A DNA stretch of 56,752 nt, counting the filler, from Jimgerdemannia flammicorona (lineage: Eukaryota): the NCBI GenBank assembly GCA_003990765.1. It is 2 parts of 2 records of this genome, joined end to end, with 100 filler letters (N's around TTAATTAATTAA, not from the genome) between each part and the next. Parts side by side here need not be neighbours in the genome. Positions count along the whole stretch, not along the records: positions 28,427 to 56,752 come from RBNJ01000567.1; 1 more part is not named here. One strand, given 5' to 3'. How positions within the stretch are numbered: the stretch's first letter is position 1; each line of letters begins with the position of its first letter. The notes under the pieces are model-generated. The model was given only the letters and a program-made list of their open reading frames with translations. It did not search any database and had not been told where the DNA came from. Below, piece by piece: positions 35,641 through 47,400 of the stretch. The position numbers and the translations under genes are program-made.

Positions 35641-38600
35641 TAAGTTATAATAGCTTTTAGTCTTAGAAGTAGTCTGGAAGATTAGGGTCTTTGTAGATGA
35701 TATAGTAGTAGGGCTTAGCTCTATGGTCAATGTTGGTGAGCTGAAGGCTAGTGTTGACTGTATGAGGAGTACTCTGGAGCTGCTGGGAAATGATTTGATG
35801 GGTAGGGACATTGTGGGTACTATTGTTTCTTTTTTTTTATTTTATTTTTTTATAATCACTTAGACTCCTACATTTATTACTAACTAGTCAATGATATATT
35901 AATACAGATTTACCCCTCACCCAATTCTAAAGAGAGCTTTCCTCTCCTCTCCGTCCCTCCAGGAGGTTGGAGACGGATCAAAATTTATAGACAATTCTGA
36001 GTGGCTTACTTAAGACAGATTTAAATGCGCGTTGGTGCACCTGCTCGCATTTTACATTTCCGAAGACTGGGGATTGTAATCGCAGGTATGAGTGCCGTCT
36101 GGTTTTGCCCTGGAGAGTTTTTGTTTTTTTCTCGATCAACGAATTTGTTGAAATGACCATCTCACCGTACATCCTCTCTCCCGTAAGCACGCCGATAAAT
36201 ATTATGAAAACCACAACAATTACATCCGCTGCGACAAGGACCACATGGCAACGTCAGCTTTCGACAAGGAAAGCCATCACATATCCGAAGCCATCGGTAT
36301 AATTCTCCGCCTGCACGAGTCCTCCAGCACGCCACATGGCTTCTGAGGACGGTTTTCGTTGATTTGATGATTCCCTTGAGCAAGGATGAAACGCATCCAA
36401 ATGTCCAGGCGCCCAACTGCCACGTCGCCGTACCTAGAAGATCCATAGCGAAGGCCCGCGCCCACCAGTACTGAGGAAGCCCCATCAGCTTCGCCAAGCC
36501 CTCACTCTCATTGTCCGCAGTCCGGAGCAGCAACGGCAGCCCGTCAGCAAGCATTGAGGGCCTAAAGGTGGTTACGGGAGAATGGGTGCAGAAGAGGTTG
36601 AAGAATAAGATTACTAGGACATACGTGTCTAATATTATAGTAAACTCGCATTTCACATGCCAACTACTTACCATATGTTTTTGCCTTATGTTCAACTCAA
36701 GGAATACGTCGAAGGCCGCTACTCCAAGATCATTCACGTCTCCGCGCCAGCCAATGTCACCGGCACCACTGCCAATGGCATAGAAATGACAAATAGCGGG
36801 CCTGTCAGGATCTTTGGCGACGATGGCGCACCTTCACCGTCTTGAGGACATAACGATCATTGGACAAAAGATAACGGGACGTACCAAATGGGACGGACAC
36901 AACCTGGGTAAATTCTTCGGGCGGTATCTGCTGGATCCACTGTCCGATATATTGCACGAAGAACGGAATACGGGAGGTTGTTTGATGTCCACAAGCTGTT
37001 TCCCAGTTGCGTCACGACTGCGAATCACCCGCGCATGTGTTTTTGTGCAAAATCACCATTCAAGACATCATTCAAGCCAAGCACACCTCGGTGGCAGATA
37101 CTAGCGTGCAATGCATACTGTTATACGTATTTTTTTTTATTCTTTTTTTTCGAAAAATTCGCTAGCCATTTTAATAATAATTATGAACTTGCCTGTGAAA
37201 TTATGAACGGCGAAGAATACATCCGTTACTTATGCCTTGATGCTTGACGCGATTTTTCTTTGTAGACGAATTACAAATAAAAATCTTGCACCTAAACCCC
37301 ACCGTTTTTCCTTCGCGCCGCTAACCACGTTTAAACGGGAGGCGACATTCTCAGGCGCTCGTCTCGGTACCAGCCGAGTACGGCCATTCTGGTGTCCGAG
37401 TGACATCACATAATATTCTTGAAACGTGATAATTCTTGTCCAAGAGCGAATGCATATCACGGGCTCAGTGTCCGGGCAACAGAGGATCCGTCTTTCACCT
37501 TTTTGAATACCGCGCTGAAACGGGGTTCTGGCCGTAGGAAAACGAAACGGAGAATCAAAAAATACCCAGTTCTGGGGTAACGAGTCACATTCGTTAGTTC
37601 GGTTATGGTAGATTATACAGTCTTCAGGCATGAAACATAATCGACGTTTACCAGGATTCGGTGCAGTGAGTGCTAACGGTAACGGTGTTTGATAATTATT
37701 GGTTCACCCAATGCTGGAATTTCATACTATTGTTGAGAAGAATGGGTCTTCATCGTCTTTGACGCGAATTAGCCGTCTACAGTTAATGACATATTCAGAA
37801 TGTCGTATTTTCCGCGGTTGTATATACCAAATCGCATTTGTATAAATGTATAAATTAGAAAATTAAAAGTGTTTGCCTTCCAAGCTATCGAAGGACAAAG
37901 TAACATCAAACTGCTTGTTTCAATGTTAAATTTCCATAGAATGCATAGATGGGTTTCCGAATGTAGACAAATATACCTTTAAAAAGGAAACCCTTGACTA
38001 TTCATTCGTTCTAGTGACACCCAGTGTTTGTGGCATAATGCCGATACTCACGGAGAAGAGACAGGAGGGGAGGGAGAAGGAGGTATGGTGGTTGCTTATC
38101 CCTTTGACTGTTTTGCACCTATATTTAGAGGCAAGATTTTAAAAGTTTATAACTTTTAAAATCATAATTAATAATTCTACCTTTGGTAAAAATTTTACAA
38201 AAAAAAAAAAAATTGTTTTTAAACAAATTGAGATATATTTTTAACAGAAAAGCAATGTTTCAAAAAATCATTTTTTTCAAACTTTAATTTGTCTGCTAAA
38301 TGATTTTAAAAGATGATCTTATCTACAGACAAAGGGATATGAAACAATGACACACAGCAGCATGCATTTGTGCTGAACCCTCTTTCCCTCACCCCAACCC
38401 CGGGATTACCATGCCAATCGTGCAAACGTATTCACGCAGTACATGCCAATGGTGTTGGCGACGATCTGTGTTGGTCGATGGGATTTCAGTTTTCAGCAAC
38501 TCCGACGATTTTCATATCCCGGAAATAATTATATCCAGAAAGATTTGGTGCGCTGCGCTATTTCAACCCGGTCCGGTCAATATTCCTGCAAATGGCCAAG

Positions 38601-38988
38601 CACACCTTGCGGGTATATATGTATATATATACATGTGACAACACCTTGGTTTTTGGAATGTGGTCCAGAGAATAGCACAATTGTAAAATATCGGATAGCA
38701 TACTCCATCGAACGACTCTTCTCTCTAACATTATTGGTTTTTTTCGTTCGCGTTCTACAAAGGAGGATTTATTTGCCCGGTCTTCGTGAGACCTTTGATA
38801 GTAACATCAATCCAAACGTAAATGTGAAAGTCGTCCGCGCTTCGGTGTTAAAACAAATGGTTAACGTATAAAAGGGCCCGAGACATGTAGCAAAGGATTC
38901 CTACCTCAGCGCAAACTCAAGCTGCCCTCTACACTCTCTTCGAATCAACCATCCTACTGTCTCTTCACTAAACCCCTCCAAAACAATA

Positions 38989-40350
38989 ATGAAGGTTCTC
39001 GGCATCGTTGCCGTGGTTGTCCTCTTCGTTGTTGCCAACGCTGCCCCGGTCGAAGACACTGCCCCTGTTGAAGCTCATTTCGTCACGCTCAATAGAAGTC
39101 GTAGGTAATTATGGGAGTTCCAGCTAGTATCACCTTTGCGGAATTGCTCTGCTGAATAATACAGCGTGATAACCTGGAAGATAACGTTGTTATTGCGAAC
39201 AATTCCAAATCTGAGAATGGCTCATCAAATTGAGGCACGACGCCAACTACACTCAGGTTCACAATTTGATTAAGATTCATGCTGGTAACAAGCTCTGGAA
39301 GTCCTTCAAGGGATTCGCTAGTAAATTCGATTAGGGAGATCCAGAGCTTGAATAATGTCGAAATTATTACGCTTGAATTTTGGCATGTCGTTTTCTCCAA
39401 TGCTATTTTTCAGTTGCAATAATCTCAATAACGATTTTGTCGTCGTTTTTTATTTTTACTTTTAAATATTACAGTTCACCATTGTTACGACCCAAACCCT
39501 TGTTCCTAGCTGAGGTCTTGCACGTATCTACTCGCCCGCTCGCCAGACCACGACCTACACTTACCCCGATACTGCTGGTTCTGGTATCAGAAAGGCATTG
39601 AATTTTTACTCATTCTAAAATTGGACGATTCGGATGTTGAAATTCATTCTGATTTACCATTCTTCCTTCAGTTACGTCATCGACACCGGCGTTCTCGCCA
39701 CCTACAATGATTTCGGTGGTCGTGCTCCTTTGGCCGTTAACTTACTGCAATGGTCACGGAACCCATGTCTCGGTAAGATGTGTCTCCTTTTCTACAGCTT
39801 TGACTTTGAAAGAACGTTTTCATTCCCTTTGAGTGTGACTCTTATACCCTTCTTTCTGTAACTAGGGCACCTTTGCCGGTGAAATCTCTTTGGAATATAA
39901 AATAAGAATAGGAAGAAAGTCTAAATCTATGTGTTGCCAAGAAGGTCAACATTGTTGGCGTCCAGGGTTTTGGACTGCGTTGGACCAGTGGCGTCGTTTC
40001 CGGCGTTGACTGGGTTACCCAAAATGCCGTCAAGGGAAAGTCCGGCATGCATTTTTTTGCTTGAATTGGGATCTTGTTAAAAATATTTTTCTCTTCATAT
40101 AGTCGTCAATATGTCTCTTGGAGGAGGTGCTTCATGTTAGACTCTGTGTGACTGACGTTTTCAATGGTCCTCCTACTGCTTTCACAGTTGATGCCACCAC
40201 GTCGACTGACGCCAAGGCTTCGTACTCCAGTAAGTGCCATGTTCCTTGCAGTAATTTGGCCAATAGTTTTCAGATATGGTCTAATCTAATGTCAAAATTT
40301 CGCAGACTACGGCACTTGCGTTGATATCTGGGCTCCTGGCACTGACATTA
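38989..40350 (+). pseudogene. Secreted proteinase-K-like subtilisin (S8A) pseudogene
   Basis: TATAAAA ~38867; signal peptide MKVLGIVAVVVLFVVANA; exons with PS*GLARI, YVIDTG, NGHGTHV, VAKK, VNMSLGG and YGTCVDIWAPG. Contains a stop, frameshifts and deletions; no GTSMA serine exon found. Confidence 0.88.
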
Positions 40351-40959
40351 CGTAAGTATAGGCATTGGTCTACAAAAGCCGCGCCACACGTCAACTGCTC
40401 GCAAGAAAGCGCCGCACGGGCCCTCCTCTCCTACAAACACATCGGACAGAATCTCGCGGCGATGTCTCTTAGTAGATACAGCAAACAGTTTATAACTGAG
40501 ACCAATAAGTGGTATAAGAATCTTGGCATATCCCACATCGGAAACATGGACCACCACATGCGAAGGCCAAAAAAATTGCCACAAGATCCTGAGGTCTGTC
40601 GAAGACAAGAAAATCTGCCCTCAGCCTAGAAACGGTCCGACTTCTCAAACACGATAAATGCATCATGATCCACAAAGCGTTGATCCAACAGCAAGAGCGG
40701 GAAAGAATAATTAAGGAACGAACCGTACGACGATCCGATGGAAGTTACCAAGTATTTTTTTTTTTTTTTACTTCTTTTTTGCTGCCATACGTGTTACCCA
40801 CCTACCTGTTACCTCAACCGAGTTCCTTCTTCCGAATTCTATTTCCAAATTCCGTTACTGACCGCTTAGCTGGTACACTGTACCAGAATTTGAGATTAGT
40901 GTTCCTAGCTGATACACCATATCAGAATTTGAGATTCATGTTCTCAACAGGAACAGCTA

Positions 40960-41723
40960 AACATTACCAGAAATAGCAATCTATAGTTAGCCACATAGTG
41001 ACCAGATAGCAACCACAACTGTATAAAATACCCCAGAGACAAGAGTGAATAAACCTCAGTCTGAAAATCAAAGCAAAAGCCAATTGTCTGGTACACTTAG
41101 GAGGAGAAACCTGCCAATGAGCCACTGCCAAGAAGATTGTGAGCTTCCTTTTCTACTCTGGTCCACTTTCTGATAAAAAGCCTGATTTGCTGCCAAGTTT
41201 GAGTGAAGAACTTCACCGCCGTTTATAAGAAGAAGTCTGCCCACACAAAGCCAGTCTAGAATAAGATGCACCTTCACAGTGAATTTGTTCACACAAACGA
41301 AGCAGTCTTTGACGTAACTTTGCTTGCCGCCACGTTTTTGGTCTGCTTGCCAGATAAGCCAGAAGAGAAATCCATCACATTTTTGGTACGCTTGCCAGAC
41401 TAAGCCTGAAGAACTTGAGAAGTCCGCCGATTTAGGAAGAATCCACGCCATCCGAGTTATCCGCCATTTTCAAGAGAAATGAAAGAATCCGCGTCACCCG
41501 AGTTATCTGCTTTATTCAAGAAGTCCGCCGAAATCGTCCGTTACGCGAACGAGAGAACTCACTCAAGAATCCAGTGTTGTCTTTTATACCACTAAACACC
41601 AACAAGGATACCAGAAACCATTGAACATTTTGTTGCTTTTTGACAAAGTAACTGGGGGCTCAGGCCAAACTACATAGCAGCCCCAACCTTGTAATTTGCC
41701 TCCATTTGAGCCGGCACGTTACA
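40960..41723 (+). mobile_element. Solo-LTR or LTR fragment related to the element C LTR
   Basis: Matches the reverse complement of 22241-23430 at both ends (AGAGACAAGAGTGAATAAACCTCAGTCTGAA; AAAGTAACTGGGGGCTCA...TTACA). The 5' boundary is unresolved and no TSD was found. Confidence 0.75.
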
Positions 41724-42333
41724 GTATCCTTCGTCCGAATTCCGTTCCAAGTCCAACGAATTCTGATCCGACATCGATTCCGATCTGCTACCCGATTCCA
41801 AACTCATTCCAGTGTCCGTTACACGACCTATATACTGAAAACACTTGCTCAAGAGCCAGGATATCGTTACAATATATAAAATATATGTTGGTTTTCATTT
41901 TTGACACTCTGTAATTTTAGCAATACTTCTCTATGAGTTATTTAAGATTGCAGTAATGGAGGTATGATTCATATTTATTTATAATCTCGTATTGAGATAT
42001 CTCCGAACAACTCGGAAATCGTATTCACGGGTAGAAATATAAAACCCGGCTGGGAACTCAATAAAATATACAAAAAGACAACCATTTTAACAAGTTTGCT
42101 AAGAATGTGTTTTATTCGTATGGTCGGTAGTGATATTGGTTATGTTGTTGCTCGGGAACAATGCACCTGTAGGCCTCTAACATCACAGTTAATGTACTAC
42201 AATACAAAGCCGATAGAATTGCATTCACCTTTTGCACAAATAACGCCAAAATTATATCCAATAGTAATAGATATCAACGATGAGAGGCCTGGAGGGGGAT
42301 AATCGCGAATATTGTACATATCGGATCTCCATG

Positions 42334-44401
42334 CTACTTGTAAGTAATGAGGTACGTCGGATAGAATCGCCCGGGCGAGTACACAATGTATATTTTGCTT
42401 CCGCCAGTGGTTCCTAAAAAAGAAAGTGCGGATTTAGACAAGAAATATTCACGTTTCCAATTGGAATTACAAAGTCTGCAAAGAGAATTCAAAAGAACTA
42501 CCACGCCCGTTGTGGACGAACGGGGTTCAGTATGCAATTCCCACCAGGGCTGGCCCAAATCCTTACCGTTGATCGAGTCATGTCGCTCGTTCTTGAACTT
42601 TCCGGTTTGCTTCGCTTTTGCTGGAGGTAAAGTGATCGAATTGTTTGACGGTAGATTTATTGAATCACCGGTGATAACCTATTATTGTAGTTTGGGAAAA
42701 TTTGAGTATGTTTACCATTTGATTTCACCAGAGTCATGTTGATACGGTGTGGGGCATAAATACTCACATCGGCTAAGAAGAACTGCCTAGTCCCCCCCTT
42801 CACGAATGCATAGTCATTGGAGTAAGATGCGTTCACGGCAAAGTAGCAGCCTCTGCCCCACATACCTAGTCCATACAGAAAAGATTGCCTTTAGTAGAGC
42901 AAAGGGTTTCGAAAAGGCGAGCGACGGTTTGAGACCGGATTTATGAATAAAAATTATCTCACCCTGTGCCGAGAATCTCGGGTCAAACCCTTCCTCACTC
43001 TCGTAGATGTCACTGGGCAGTGTGTTCCTCGAGCCATGGAAGAGAGATATAACGTTTATCTGGTTCATGTTCTTCTTCGATAACTGCCGATGATTGTGCT
43101 GGTACGTGAACCACAAGTGTCGATTCTGCAAAGGGCGCAAAAATTGTCAGTTGGTGGACAATTCCTACATTAAATGAAATAATTGAAACAAATTTATCAA
43201 CGATACGAACTTGCACACGCTCGATTTTCTGGATAGAGGCATGCGGCAATGTCTGGTGTACGCGCGCGACCACTGTTTTCCACTCCTTACTCGTGGCGCT
43301 CAGCGCCACCAATACGCAGTTCACATTCTCATCAAACTTGTCCCAGTCCTTCGGTACGTCATTTTCGATGTTTGCCGATTTTTCAAAGGCCCACTTATAC
43401 ACCTCCGCCCGCATGGTGTCCACAAACCCCTCGTGACCGGTCAGTTTGATCGTATTCTCCTTGGAATCGAGCTCCACGTCCACGTACAGACGTTCGGCGA
43501 TCATCCGAACAGCCGCGTCACGCTCCGCCGGGTTAATTTTCTCCCAGAGCCCCATCATGGGAATAAACTCTGTCTTTAGATTTGCGAGCGATTCCAGTTC
43601 ATTGGCTGCCACTGCGGTGTCGACACATGTTCCCATGATCACAATTTCGACGAGCTCTTTCCAATATTTGTAGTCGACGAGGGTGGGATTCTGAATACCA
43701 GAACAAAAATTCCGCATTAGTTTGTCATCGTGTCGGAAGGTTGCAATTTGTATCGTGTAACTACAAACCTTCTCGTTATTCAATGCAACTTGTGGGCTCG
43801 GCAGATCTGCTATGGGCATTTTTGGAATGGGGACATCTTTGCGCATAATGGACCGCTGGTAATTGGTATTTGTATTCCTCTGAAAGTGGCCCTGTTTACC
43901 GAACAGGATCTCGTAGGTAACACCAGATTTGACTCCTGCAACATCGCCGACAATTTTCACTGCTGAAACCATCGGGATTGAGCCCCCCAAGGGACGGCTT
44001 CCTATTCGAATCGAATACAAACTCGGACCTCGCCGTCGCCTCGAGATCGAGGTTGTGGTGGATAGAGACGCGGACACGGGTGGAGCGACGGCAGCTGCTT
44101 GGCTTCCCGATGACGTACCGTTGCCTGGTCGTACGATCGAACTCGGGTTTGGAAGAGGTGAGGCGAGGATCGGGGCGGGGACCGAGGCGGGGACCGGGGC
44201 GGGGACCGGGGCGGGGACCGGGGCGGGGACCGAGGCGGGGACCGGGGCGGGGACCGTGGCACACCACTTGTTGTAGGCGTTCTCGATTGCAATGTTTTGG
44301 TCACGATCATACATAATCCATTGCTCTCCTTTGTAGTGCTGAGGGCCGGAAAGTTAAAGATTTATTTTATTTTTATTTTTTATAAAATAGGTTAATCAGA
44401 G

Positions 44402-44443
<42 letters not shown>

Positions 44444-47400
44444 GGACGCTTGTGGTTTGAAACACACTTACCTTTCCTCCAACATCCTCCTTCCAGAACC
44501 ACTGATATGGGAGAGGTTGGAATGTTGGCAAAGCTAGATCACTTGAATCACAAGGACCCGTGTCAAATTCATCACTTTCCATTTCTTTCCATCTTTCCGA
44601 GAGCACTTTTCTGAGTATTGGATATATTTTTGTCGAATCCTGTGGATTGGAATTCTCGACATCAACATCATCACTACCCTCTGCCGGTGCCTCTTTCACC
44701 ACCGAATCAGGGTTAAAGTCGATGATGCGCACTTTGTGAATCTGCGTTTTTGGCAAAGTTCGCATGACGGCTTCCACAATAATCTTTGCACCCGTCTCGT
44801 GTGGAAACCCAAAGATACCCGTGCTGATGGGCGGCAGGGTGACAGTCTTACACCCTTTCGTGTTTGCCAGCAACAAGGCGTTGGTGACGGCCTCGCGCAA
44901 GTGCTTATCCTCGTTGTTCTCACCGAAGGACCACACCGGTCCAACGACGTGTATGACGTATTTCACGCCTTTCTTTTGTAAGTCGCCAGCCGTTGTTACG
45001 ATCCCATGCCCTGTCGAAACAGTACCGTACTGCGTGATGTAGTTCTGGCATTCGTCGCGAAGTTGCTGACCAGCGGCATTGGCGATCGCTTTGGCAATGC
45101 CTCCCCCATGTTGAAGCCTCGAATTCGCCGCGTTCACGATCGCGTCAACAGCCTCGTGAACAATGTCTCCAGTTACGAGCTGCCAAACGCGATACAAAAT
45201 GGCAAAATAGAGCAATGTGAGCTTATTGCAATGCTACGTAGAGAAAGATATCGTGTGCGTGACGGGTAAATCTAGTATATAAATCAACTTTACCAACCTC
45301 GACAGCTTGATTCGTTGCCCGGATTACAACACTGAAAACCTTCTTCGGAAGAAGGATTTCGACGCAGTGATGTTGTTCAATTTTCTTTACCTTATCTCTT
45401 TGCGTCAAAATTATATCTGCCCGCTGACGGTCGACTCGTACTGAGAACGACTGCAACTCAGATATAACCATGACCACGTATGTCTTGAAACTTGCAAAAG
45501 CATTGTCGATGGTGTTGCGTGCGCCAGAAATTCTGTATGAAATGTGGTCGCCATTCCATTCAGGCTTGATCCTGTAAACATGACAGATGTAATTAAGTAG
45601 ATGAACATCGTTTCACATCATCTTCGTTAATCATTCAACGCAAGATCCGATGGAGATTACACTTACCTCACATTATGCTGCTTGGCGATAATGTCAATTT
45701 CTTTTTCGTCCTTCCGTTTCTCAAACCACAAGCGGTAGCGCACGTTAGGAATCTTGAATAATCGGGAGGCACTCTCATTTTCCAGCAAAGTTTCTATGCG
45801 GGACTTTGCGGAAGCGATGATCTTGTCGGTCTCGCCGATGAGTTCGACGACCCGGTCGGGGCGAAAATCCAAGGAAACATTGAAATCGTTCAAAATCGAA
45901 ATCTTAAAGGGTTTCAACTCTTTCCCCATCGGATAGTACTGGTCTTCGGGAATTTTAAATGTGGTTTTCGAGAAGAAACGAACCGCAGCGAATTGTTCAA
46001 GCGTTTCTTGCACCACGTCCTTTCTTCCACTGACAACAACAATATGGATGGTGACGTTATCGCTCGTAGCGCCCTTTCGGAAATATTCCACAAGGACATT
46101 TATACGTGTCTTGATCGACTTGAAACGATGAAGGACCAACATTTCTTGTGTTACTGGATACACCAAATCCACTTGTTGCACATCTATCGAATCGAGCAGT
46201 GCCTCCACGGCATCCCTGGCTTTTGAGACATCCGTCGTTGGACCTTTCAGGGTGATACTATCGTGGATCAATGATGTGGCAGATGCCTCAGAGGAACGCG
46301 ACCGCATAGACATCTGAGTTGTGATGTCGTTCAAGGTTCCACCAGTAATGTTAACAGAGCGGTGCTGGCGGCGGATGGCATCAAGTTCGGTTATCTTGTA
46401 GCGTAGCAGATATTGATTTTTAATCCGCTCGACAAGAATAAGATCCTCCTTGATCACAGGCATTTCCAACGCCGTCCGTGCCATTTCCTTCTCTCTATCG
46501 GTGAATGCGTGAATGAACGTCGAGGCAGCGCCAACACCAGCGCCCACGACGGAAATACCGGCGCCGATGGTAGCCCCAAGGTCCCAACCGTTCATCTTCT
46601 CAGCGCCTGTAGTGCCCTTGAGATTTTCCTTGTCAACGACGGTGACGACGGTTTTGGTATCAACAACGGTAATGTCGGTTTCGGTTACGGTCTTTTCAGT
46701 GGAAACACCCGTCGAAGGGAAACCAACGAGAGCCTTGCCATGGCTGGCAACGCATTTGCCAAAGACGGGGACAAGGAAGGACCAAGTGTAGATACCGAGG
46801 GATTTCTTTTCCAGGTGGTGGACGCTGAACATGTCAAGGTCTCCTAAAATAGTCTCCTTGACGCCGATATAGTACAACTTGTTGGATAGGGAGTAGATAT
46901 GGCCCTCGGTGTTCAGGGCCCACTGCTGGGTAGCGGAATCGTTAATGGGCTTAGCGTGGGAATGAATCAACATATCCTGTTCGATTTCGAGACACAACGA
47001 GGAATGCTTGTTGACCAGGTAGCCCTCGCGGTAAGTCCACAGCTGGCTTTCCCACTTCTGCCTGTTGAGACGCTGCAACGAAGTCTTGTCGCCGCGCTTA
47101 ATGGAGGCGTTCTCGACACCGAGGACGTACTCGCCGGAAAGACGGATGTAGAACCAACCTTCTGGGAACTTGGCGTCGGTCACGGTCACTGTACGGATGT
47201 TTGTCACGACGGTGAAGGCCTCGCTCTGTTCGATTGTATCGCTCTCGGTGACACTGACGGTGGGCTGCTTGCTGGAGGTGGAACCTTCAATGACCTCGGA
47301 ACCGACGATAGGAATCGCAGTGGCACAAGCAAGAACGGTCGGGGTTGGAATGGATGTCGAAGGCTTCTTCTTACCCTTGCCCTTCCCAAAGACGGGGACC

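Noticed and set aside
35978..37700. Overlapping ORFs in GC-normal DNA
   Set aside because: Possibly gene relics, but no consistent exon chain or recognisable domain.
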